A stretch of 64,000 bases of DNA from Escherichia coli (GTDB lineage Bacteria > Pseudomonadota > Gammaproteobacteria > Enterobacterales > Enterobacteriaceae): NCBI RefSeq assembly GCF_050320075.1, contig NZ_CP190018.1; one strand, given 5' to 3'. Position numbers and translations under genes: made by a program. Within the stretch, counting starts at the first letter, position 1. Every line of letters begins with the position of its first letter. A model generated the notes under the pieces. That model was not told the origin of the DNA and did no database searches. It saw only the letters and a list, made by a program, of their open reading frames with translations. This document shows, piece after piece, positions 1-7,748 of the stretch.

Positions 1-2280
1 ATGGCCGTTAAAGCCTCCGGGCGTTTTGTCCCTCCGTCAGCATTTGCCGCAGGCACCGGTAAGGCGTTTACCGGTGCTTATGCATGGAACGCGCCACGCG
101 AGGCTGTCGGGCGCGAAAGACCCCTTACACGTGACGAGATGCGTCAGGTGCAAGGTGTTTTATCCACGATTAACCGCCTGCCTTACTTTTTGCGCTCGCT
201 GTTTACTTCACGCTATGACTACATCCGGCGCAATAAAAGCCCGGTGCACGGGTTTTATTTCCTCACATCCACTTTTCAGCGTCGTTTATGGCCGCGCATT
301 GAGCGCGTGAATCAGCGCCATGAAATGAACACCGACGCGTCGTTGCTGTTTCTGGCAGAGCGTGACCATTATGCGCGTCTGCCGGGGATGAATGACAAGG
401 AACTGAAAAAGTTTGCCGCCCGTATCTCATCGCAGCTTTTCATGATGTATGAGGAACTCTGCGATGCATGGGTTGATGCACATGGCGAGAAAGAATCGCT
501 GTTTACGGATGAGGCTCAGGCGCATCTGTATGGTCATGTTGCTGGCGCTGCACGAGCTTTCAATATTTCCCCTCTCTACTGGAAAAAATACCGTAAAGGA
601 CAGATGACCACGAGGCAGGCATATTCTGCCATTGCCCGTCTGTTTAACGATGAGTGGTGGACTCATCAGCTTAAAGGTCAGCGTATGCGCTGGCATGAGG
701 CGTTACTGATTGCTGTCGGGGAGGTGAATAAAGACCGTTCTCCTTATGCCAGTAAACATGCCATTCGTGATGTGCGTGCGCGCCGCCAGGCAAATCTGGA
801 ATTTCTTAAATCGTGTGACCTTGAAAACAGGGAAACCGGCGAGCGCATCGACCTTATCAGTAAGGTGATGGGAAGTATTTCTAATCCTGAAATTCGCCGG
901 ATGGAGCTGATGAACACCATTGCCGGTATTGAGCGTTACGCCGCCGCAGAGGGTGATGTGGGGATGTTTATCACGCTGACCGCGCCGTCAAAGTATCACC
1001 CGACACGTCAGGTCGGAAAAGGCGAAAGTAAAACCGTCCAGCTAAATCACGGCTGGAACGATGAGGCATTTAATCCAAAGGATGCGCAGCGTTATCTCTG
1101 CCGCATCTGGAGCCTGATGCGCACGGCATTCAAGGATAATGATTTACAGGTCTACGGTTTGCGTGTCGTCGAGCCACACCACGACGGAACGCCGCACTGG
1201 CATATGATGCTTTTTTGTAATCCACGTCAGCGTAACCAGATTATCGAAACCATGCGTCGCTACGCGCTCAAAGAGGATGGCGACGAAAGAGGAGCCGAGC
1301 GAAACCGTTTTCAGGCGAAACACCTTAACCGGGGCGGTGCTGCGGGGTATATCGCGAAATACATTTCAAAAAATATCGACGGCTATGCACTGGATGGTCA
1401 GCTCGATAACGATACCGGCAGACCTCTGAAAGATACTGCCGCGGCTGTTACTGCATGGGCGTCAACGTGGCGCATCCCGCAATTTAAAACGGTTGGTCTG
1501 CCGACAATGGGGGCTTACCGTGAACTACGCAAATTGCCTCGCGGCGTCAGCATTGCTGATGAGTTTGACGAACGCGTCGAGGCTGCACGCGCTGCCGCAG
1601 ACAGTGGCGATTTTGCGTTGTATATCAGTGCGCAGGGTGGGGCAAATGTTCCGCGCGATTGCCAGACTGTCAGAGTCGCCCGTAGCCCGTCGGATGAAGT
1701 TAACGAGTACGAGGAAGAAGTCGAGAGAGTGGTCGGCATTTACGCGCCGCATCTCGGCGCGCGTCATATTCATATCACCAGAACGACAGACTGGCGCATT
1801 GTTCCGAAAGTTCCGGTCGTGGAGCCTTTAACTTTAAAAAGCGGCATCGCCGCGCCTCGGAGTCCTGTCAATAACTGTGGAAAGCTCACCGGTGGTGATA
1901 CTTCGTTACCGGCTCCCACACCTTCTGAGCACGCCGCAGCAGTGCTTAATCTGGTTGATGACGGTGTTATTGAATGGAATGACCAGGAGGTCGTGAGGGC
2001 GCTCAGGGGCGCATTAAAACGAGGTCTGAGAAGACCAAACCGTCAGCAAAGAAACGGAAGCCCGTTAAAACAGCATGAAATGGCACCATCGGCCAGACTG
2101 ACCCGGTCAGAACGAATGCAAATTACCCGTATCCGCGTTGACCTTGCTCAGAACGGTATCAGGCCGCAGCGATGGGAGCTTGAGGCGCTGGCGCGTGGAG
2201 CAATTGTAAATTACGACGGGAAAAAATTCACGTATCCAGTCGCTGATGAGTGGCGGGGATTCTCAGCAGTAATGGAGTGA
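1..2280 (+). CDS. A: Phage replication initiation protein (P2 gpA-like, rolling-circle nickase)
   Basis: 759-aa ORF at the position and size of P2 A (761 aa), immediately before the cargo island and cos; starts at window edge so the N-terminus could extend upstream. Confidence 0.8.
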   Translation: MAVKASGRFVPPSAFAAGTGKAFTGAYAWNAPREAVGRERPLTRDEMRQVQGVLSTINRLPYFLRSLFTSRYDYIRRNKSPVHGFYFLTSTFQRRLWPRIERVNQRHEMNTDASLLFLAERDHYARLPGMNDKELKKFAARISSQLFMMYEELCDAWVDAHGEKESLFTDEAQAHLYGHVAGAARAFNISPLYWKKYRKGQMTTRQAYSAIARLFNDEWWTHQLKGQRMRWHEALLIAVGEVNKDRSPYASKHAIRDVRARRQANLEFLKSCDLENRETGERIDLISKVMGSISNPEIRRMELMNTIAGIERYAAAEGDVGMFITLTAPSKYHPTRQVGKGESKTVQLNHGWNDEAFNPKDAQRYLCRIWSLMRTAFKDNDLQVYGLRVVEPHHDGTPHWHMMLFCNPRQRNQIIETMRRYALKEDGDERGAERNRFQAKHLNRGGAAGYIAKYISKNIDGYALDGQLDNDTGRPLKDTAAAVTAWASTWRIPQFKTVGLPTMGAYRELRKLPRGVSIADEFDERVEAARAAADSGDFALYISAQGGANVPRDCQTVRVARSPSDEVNEYEEEVERVVGIYAPHLGARHIHITRTTDWRIVPKVPVVEPLTLKSGIAAPRSPVNNCGKLTGGDTSLPAPTPSEHAAAVLNLVDDGVIEWNDQEVVRALRGALKRGLRRPNRQQRNGSPLKQHEMAPSARLTRSERMQITRIRVDLAQNGIRPQRWELEALARGAIVNYDGKKFTYPVADEWRGFSAVME

Positions 2281-2545
2281 ACGTCGCCAGTTGCGAAAAT
2301 TATTTACAGGGGGCAGCGTTAAGCATCTAAAGATCTTGTTCTATGATTAGAATGTTTCCTCGTTGCACTCTCGTATAGTTATTTAATGGGAAGATGTACT
2401 CTATATGTTGTGTTTTGGTGATAAATGAAGCCAAAGGAAGGAGATTTTGCTTGATTGATGGGCGCTCTTTGCTATACACCTTGTATTGAGAAGGAGAAGT
2501 AATCAAGGATTAAGCTGGCTTTTGTCAAAAATCTGAAAAGCTTTT

Positions 2546-2575
2546 TTGACTGAATACGATAGCGAGTTGTACTAT
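2546..2575 (+). promoter_or_regulatory. Putative sigma70 promoter (TTGACT-N18-TACTAT) for the first cargo operon, overlapped by an inverted repeat GTCAAAAA...TTTTTGAC
   Basis: -35 TTGACT at 2546-2551 and -10 TACTAT at 2570-2575 read directly; inverted repeat arms at 2524-2531 and 2543-2550. Confidence 0.3.
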
Positions 2576-2609
2576 TTGCGCCCTCAAAAGTAACCGGCGG
2601 CTGGGTAAA

Positions 2610-2984
2610 ATGGGGAAGCAAGGCAAAGGCAAAGGCAACAAAAATCAGGTTAAGGTTACGTGGGCTCAGGCGTGGCGGGATGTAATGATAAGAGCCATGT
2701 CTAATGGTCAGTTGATACCTATTACCATCAGTATTATTTTAATGATTGCTGCATGGAGGTTACCAAAAACAGACTTGTCCAATTTAGCCTTCTCTATTGT
2801 TGATGGCTTTAAGGAGCATTCCTTGGTTGGTTGGGCTATCTCGGTAATAGTGGGTTTGGCTTGGTCTGCACATGCGCGAATCATGAGGCGCTGTTTTAGT
2901 TCCGAGGCACAGAGAATCGGTAACGAGAAAACAAAGTATCAACAAAGACAGACCACTCAAGCCTTGGGTACAAGTGATAAATAG
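2610..2984 (+). CDS. Small membrane protein, 124 aa, two predicted TM helices, basic Lys/Gly-rich N-terminus (cargo)
   Basis: ORF track; hydrophobic stretches LIPITISIILMIAAW and LVGWAISVIVGLAWSA; AT-rich relative to phage backbone; start codon choice uncertain. Confidence 0.55.
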   Translation: MGKQGKGKGNKNQVKVTWAQAWRDVMIRAMSNGQLIPITISIILMIAAWRLPKTDLSNLAFSIVDGFKEHSLVGWAISVIVGLAWSAHARIMRRCFSSEAQRIGNEKTKYQQRQTTQALGTSDK

Positions 2985-3004
2985 TTGTTTATTTAGGAGT
3001 TATT

Positions 3005-3562
3005 ATGCTGACAGTGCTGTTTTATGTGCTGTTGGGTTTAGGCGCAGCACACTTCATTTACGAGCGAATCATTTTGCCGTCCATCCGACTTCATTATAGA
3101 AACCAATTGTTTGCGCTTCGTGATGTCGCTAGGAGGAAAATCATTGATGGAGGTTCCGATACTTCCATGCAAGCGGCAACACTTGTGCATGACTCATTGA
3201 ATAACGCTATCAATAGATTGCATTTACTCACGTTGCCAAACAAATTTCGTGCTCAAAAGCGTATGGCAGAAAACCATGCAATAAGGCAGAAAATTCGGCG
3301 TGAGATAGATGTTTTCAAACGCTGTGATGATAGAGAAGTTGTTGATGTACTGTTTAAATCCGGTCGGATACTTGAAAATGTACTGTTATTCAATAGCTTA
3401 ATGTTATTGCTTTACATGTTTCCATTTGTCCTTGCTGTATGGTTCTGTGTTAGGGTCATAAAGACAGCAAGTAGTTTAGTACAGTGGGTCAAAGGAAGAG
3501 ATTTAGAGGAAGCTATAATGCTGCTTCCTGATACTCAGGTTGAAAAGGTTGTATACGCATAA
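3005..3562 (+). CDS. Membrane protein, 185 aa, hydrophobic N-terminal and C-terminal segments (cargo)
   Basis: ORF track; AGGAG-like RBS 7 nt upstream of ATG; 20 bp after the preceding ORF, so co-operonic; hydrophobic segments MLTVLFYVLLGLGAAHFIY and LMLLLYMFPFVLAVWFCV. Confidence 0.65.
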   Translation: MLTVLFYVLLGLGAAHFIYERIILPSIRLHYRNQLFALRDVARRKIIDGGSDTSMQAATLVHDSLNNAINRLHLLTLPNKFRAQKRMAENHAIRQKIRREIDVFKRCDDREVVDVLFKSGRILENVLLFNSLMLLLYMFPFVLAVWFCVRVIKTASSLVQWVKGRDLEEAIMLLPDTQVEKVVYA

Positions 3563-3590
3563 AAATCACCCCTTAGGGGGTGATTTTTTT
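3563..3590 (+). terminator. Rho-independent terminator after the two-gene membrane operon
   Basis: aatcacccc-TTAG-ggggtgatt stem-loop followed by T7 run immediately after the stop codon. Confidence 0.6.
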
Positions 3591-3801
3591 ACATGACTTT
3601 TGATTAGCTGACATTGTAAATCCGCATGTATCAGATGCATTGTTTTGCATGTGGAAATGGGTGTTTTCACTGCCAGCTATCGCTACATGTAGCAAAAACA
3701 CGGGCTTAATAAGAAATCATTCTGCCATAAGGCATAACTTCCCCGCGTGCTCAGGTATTGACGTCATAGATATGGATCTTTTTTAATCAAGGTATGGTAT
3801 T

Positions 3802-4749
3802 ATGAAGATATTTATTAGTTGGTCAGGTCAGGACAGCCTGGAGATAGCAAAAGTATTACGGGATTGGATACCGAATGTTATTCAAGTAGCTGAGCCGTAC
3901 GTATCAGCGGAAGATATTGATAAAGGCACTCGCTGGGCGACTGATATATCAAAGGAACTTGATGACTCTTCTTATGGGATTATTTGCCTTACAAAAAATA
4001 ATATTAATGCACCGTGGATAAATTTTGAGGCGGGTGCTTTAGGTAAAAAGGTTGATAAGAGCCGGGTTAGTCCTTTCTTGTTTAAAATTAAACCATCTGA
4101 GATAACAGGCCCAATATTACAATTCCAGTATACTCGTTCGGATGATAAGAACGATATTTTGAAGTTGATGTTGTCAATAAATAATCAAGCAGGATTTTTG
4201 ACTGAAGAACGCTTAACTAAAGCTTTCGAGCAATGGTGGCCAAGTTTAGAGCGTGAGTTAGATAACATTCAAGATATTAACCCTGTAGATAAAGATTCCA
4301 CTAAAAAAACAAAAGGTGATTCGACTTCTGAGATACAAAATCTTTCCAAAATTGTTGAAAGTTTGCTGGATATTAGCCGAACAAATCACCAATTATTGCG
4401 TGATCCAGCATCATTATTGCCAGAAGAATATGTTAGCAAAATAATAAACAGGGAAGGGCGTAAAGAAACTGTTTTAAAAATTGTAGCTTCTGATTTATTA
4501 TCCATGCATCATTCACTAATTCGTGTAAAAAGAAGATTTATTCGCCGTGGTATTGATGAAACATCTAGGAGCGAGTTAATTGAATCATTAAATAAAATGA
4601 TAATGGATTGTTCTAGAGTAATCGCTCACTTAGATAATTATTGTGGGGCTTCATCAAACAATATGTTCAATAGTGCGCTTAGATTGCGGACCAGAAATTT
4701 AATTGACATGATGGATGAGGAGGATGCAGAACGGGATGAAATGGAATAA
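3802..4749 (+). CDS. TIR-like domain protein, 315 aa: N-terminal TIR-like fold (~130 aa) plus helical C-terminal domain of unknown function (cargo, candidate defence protein)
   Basis: N-terminus MKIFISWSGQDS...GIICLT...APWINFEAGAL matches the bacterial TIR/TIR-like signature (FISYS-type strand 1, conserved W..E.G motif) by eye; no HMM search run. Confidence 0.65.
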   Translation: MKIFISWSGQDSLEIAKVLRDWIPNVIQVAEPYVSAEDIDKGTRWATDISKELDDSSYGIICLTKNNINAPWINFEAGALGKKVDKSRVSPFLFKIKPSEITGPILQFQYTRSDDKNDILKLMLSINNQAGFLTEERLTKAFEQWWPSLERELDNIQDINPVDKDSTKKTKGDSTSEIQNLSKIVESLLDISRTNHQLLRDPASLLPEEYVSKIINREGRKETVLKIVASDLLSMHHSLIRVKRRFIRRGIDETSRSELIESLNKMIMDCSRVIAHLDNYCGASSNNMFNSALRLRTRNLIDMMDEEDAERDEME

Positions 4750-4797
4750 TCAATTTTGACTAATCATAAATAATTTTGCATATATAAACTTATAATG

Positions 4798-4830
4798 CCG
4801 CAGCCGCTATTTTTCAGCGGCTGTATATCG
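4798..4830 (+). terminator. Putative terminator downstream of the TIR-like gene
   Basis: cagccgct-atttttc-agcggctg stem-loop followed by a short T-containing tract; weaker than the other terminators. Confidence 0.35.
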
Positions 4831-5293
4831 CTTATAATGGGTATGTTATTTTTATTTTGATAAAATCATTAAAATTGTCGATGTTATATGAATGCACATG
4901 TATTATTAATGTTAGAAGATTATGCCTGCTTACGGCTATTGTGCTGAATTCAACTATGAACGCATCAGTATTAAAATCGTTCCATGAAATGTTCTTCGTC
5001 TACAGCAGATGATGGGCAACGAAAAAATGACGCTGAGTGAGTTGGTCGGGGAGAATTGTTAGAGGTATTTATGGAGTGGTTTAATAATATCGGTCAATCC
5101 TGAGTTGCAGCATCACATAGACGATAGGGAATCTCTCCAGTCGTTCTGGAATGGCAGCGTTGAACAACAAGCACAGCGAGGCGTTAGATGCCCATCAGAT
5201 TGACACAGAGGGTTTATGAATCGCTGGGATTTACTTAGTTTGAAAAATAATATATTTATATGTTTTTGTATTGTGTTTGTTAAGGAGTTTGGA

Positions 5294-5500
5294 TTGAAAA
5301 GAAAACTGATTTGTGTTATGGCTTTTTGGGGGGCGTTGCTGGCTGGTTGTAATGAGAGTAATAAAAAAGAAGTTGAGGGTTGTATTGAAAGAGGTGTCCA
5401 ATATTTTATAGAGATTGGTTCTTACCCTAAATTAAGTGATGGGCGTGATGCTGTGAAAGTTGCTACTGAACGTTGTAATAGAACAATAACGGCTTTCTGA
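5294..5500 (+). CDS. Small putative lipoprotein (about 68 aa precursor), signal peptide with lipobox LAGC (cargo)
   Basis: In-frame TTG at 5294 with TAAGGAG RBS 7 nt upstream gives MKRKLICVMAFWGALLAGC; the track starts at 5216 and an ATG lies at 5318; stop overlaps next start (TGATAATG). Confidence 0.45.
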   Translation: MKRKLICVMAFWGALLAGCNESNKKEVEGCIERGVQYFIEIGSYPKLSDGRDAVKVATERCNRTITAF

Positions 5501-5502
5501 TA

Positions 5503-6420
5503 ATGGATTATACGAGCTATATAATAGGACAGCTTCAGGTTGAGGATATTATTGATGCAATTAAAGGCGTTAATAATACTAATGTCATAAAAGATTATGT
5601 GCTGCCTGTAGTATTACCAATTATATCTTCTGTGCTGAGTTACTTTATTGCAACTAGGTTGTTTTATCGGCAGGAGTACCTTAAAGCACAAAGAAGAAAG
5701 GTAAGCGTTGTAAATAAATGTATTTATGACTACTTTTCTGCAATGACAACGTTGTTGCAAATTAAAGGGAATTATTATGGTGGGGTAAGTATAAGTGAAA
5801 ATCCTATCGAGAGGGCTTTAGCTTTTCCTGTTGTGGTTTTTTCTGGTGCTCCTCTATCATCAGATTTAAGTGAGTTGGCCTGTATATTGAGTCAAAAGGG
5901 AGTAGGGAATAATAGAGAGCCAGCAAAGACTACTAACTGGGGGGATGCTTTTGCTGTTAGTGATATAGCAAGAAGGTTTAACAGCCTATTGGCTGCATTA
6001 AATGTTAGGAATGATTTTGATGACACCTATAGAGGAATGATTATTGAATCAACAGGTTCACCTTTGCCTACGATGCGTTTTAAAAATGATGATATTGTTA
6101 ATGCTATAGGTAGTAATAAGGCAGCTTATTACATTGATATTACTGAGCAAATAATGATTATGATAGATGTTTTGTTGCTTGATATTAATCTGTTGCTCAA
6201 AGAGTTGCCATTGTATGCTGAATCGCTGTTTGACAAAAGAGTAATGCAAGAAGATTCAGGGATTCTTAAATTCAATGATTTGCACGAACGTTTTCCTCTA
6301 CTTATGAAACCTGTAACGCCACCTTCGATTAAACTCATGTCTGATTATTTGGGGTACAGTGAAGATGAGATCTTACGACGCTATCCATACCCGTTCTTTA
6401 ATATGCATGATTGTGAATGA
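5503..6420 (+). CDS. Hypothetical protein, 305 aa, single N-proximal TM helix, no domain recognised (cargo)
   Basis: ORF track; translationally coupled to the upstream lipoprotein ORF; hydrophobic segment VLPVVLPIISSVLSYFIATRLFY; strongly AT-rich. Confidence 0.65.
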   Translation: MDYTSYIIGQLQVEDIIDAIKGVNNTNVIKDYVLPVVLPIISSVLSYFIATRLFYRQEYLKAQRRKVSVVNKCIYDYFSAMTTLLQIKGNYYGGVSISENPIERALAFPVVVFSGAPLSSDLSELACILSQKGVGNNREPAKTTNWGDAFAVSDIARRFNSLLAALNVRNDFDDTYRGMIIESTGSPLPTMRFKNDDIVNAIGSNKAAYYIDITEQIMIMIDVLLLDINLLLKELPLYAESLFDKRVMQEDSGILKFNDLHERFPLLMKPVTPPSIKLMSDYLGYSEDEILRRYPYPFFNMHDCE

Positions 6421-6524
6421 ATGTGCATATGTCAGAAGCCGTTTTTATTGTCAGTTATCGTCAGTGCTGGCGCGCTCTTGGAGTGTTCATGCAACTGCAT
6501 TAAAACCGCCCCACGAAGCGGGCG

Positions 6525-6543
6525 GGCGAGGCGGGGAAAGCAC
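6525..6543. other. cos: Phage cos site (19-nt P2-type cohesive end GGCGAGGCGGGGAAAGCAC)
   Basis: Exact 19-mer read in sequence, preceded by a GC hairpin, located between the cargo island and portal gene as in P2. Confidence 0.7.
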
Positions 6544-6713
6544 TGCGCGCTGGCGGTGGTGATGATTTTATTTTTTCAGCGTCTGAGCGCGTCGTGATGG
6601 CGTTTAGATTGTGCGCCGGGGCGTTGGTGTGTCTGCGGGGTGTTTTGTACAGTGGCGAGCGTGTGAGGGCGTGATGACGGGGGTGTAAAAAAGCCGCCCG
6701 CAGGCGGCGATGT

Positions 6714-7748
6714 TCAGCCGTTGTCAGTGTCCAGTGAGTAGTTTTTAAAGCGGATGACCTCCTGACCGAGCCAGCCGTTTATTTCCCGAATCCTGTCCTG
6801 TAACGGGATAAGCTCATTGCGGACAAAGACCTTTGCCACTTTCTCAATATCGCCCAGTGACCCGACGTTCTCCGGCTTGCCGCCCATCAACTGAAAGGGG
6901 ATGCGGTGCGCGTCCAGCAGGTCAGCGGCGCTGGCTTTTTTGATATTAAAAAAATCGTCCTTCGTTGCCACTTCACTGAGCGGGATAATTTTAATGCCGT
7001 CGGCTTTCCCCTGTGGGGCATAGAGAAACAGATTTTTAAAGTTATTGCGGCCTTTCGACTTCACCATGTTTTCGCGAAGCATTTCGATATCGTTGCGATC
7101 CTGCACGGCATCGGTGACGTACATGATGTATCCGGCATGCGCGCCGTTTTCGTAATACTTGCGGCGGAACAGCGTGGCCGACTCATTCAGCCAGGCAGAG
7201 TTAAGGGCGCTGAGATATTCCGGCAGGCCGTACAGCTCCTGATTAATATCCGGCTCCAGCAGGTGAAACACGGAGCCGGGCGCGAAAGGTGTCGGCTCGT
7301 TGAAGGACGGCACCCACCAGTAAACATCCTCCTCAACACCACGGCGGGTATATTTTGCCGGTGAGGTTTCCAGTCTGATGACCTTACCGGTGGTGCTGTA
7401 GCGCTTTTCCAGAAACGCATTACCGAACACCAGAAAATCCAGCACAAAGCGGCTGAAATCCTGCTGGGAAAGCCACGGGTGCGGAATAAACGTTGAAGCC
7501 AGAATATTACGTTTGACGTAAATCGGTGAGCTGTGATGTACGGCAGCACGCAGGCTTTTTGCCAGACCGGTAAAGCTGACCGGTGGCTCATACCATCTGC
7601 CGTTACTGATGCACTCGACGTAATCCAGAATGTCACGGCGGTCGAGTACCGGCACCGGCTCACCAAAGGTGAATGCCTCCATTTTCGGGGCGCTGGCGGT
7701 CATTGTTTTTGCCGCAGGTTGCGGTGTTTTCCCTTTTTTCTTGCTCAT
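6714..7748 (-). CDS. Q: Portal protein (P2 gpQ-like)
   Basis: 344 aa, same length and position as P2 Q; start overlaps stop of terminase gene by 1 nt. Confidence 0.9.
   Translation of the reverse strand: MSKKKGKTPQPAAKTMTASAPKMEAFTFGEPVPVLDRRDILDYVECISNGRWYEPPVSFTGLAKSLRAAVHHSSPIYVKRNILASTFIPHPWLSQQDFSRFVLDFLVFGNAFLEKRYSTTGKVIRLETSPAKYTRRGVEEDVYWWVPSFNEPTPFAPGSVFHLLEPDINQELYGLPEYLSALNSAWLNESATLFRRKYYENGAHAGYIMYVTDAVQDRNDIEMLRENMVKSKGRNNFKNLFLYAPQGKADGIKIIPLSEVATKDDFFNIKKASAADLLDAHRIPFQLMGGKPENVGSLGDIEKVAKVFVRNELIPLQDRIREINGWLGQEVIRFKNYSLDTDNG

Noticed and set aside
2281-2609. Several 10-15 codon ORFs in the A-to-cargo intergenic region
   Set aside because: Too short and without RBS; the region is better explained as promoter/operator DNA for the cargo operon.
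6359-6562. 67-aa ORF spanning the cos site
   Set aside because: Overlaps the 19-nt cohesive-end sequence and its GC hairpin; no RBS; P2 has no gene here.
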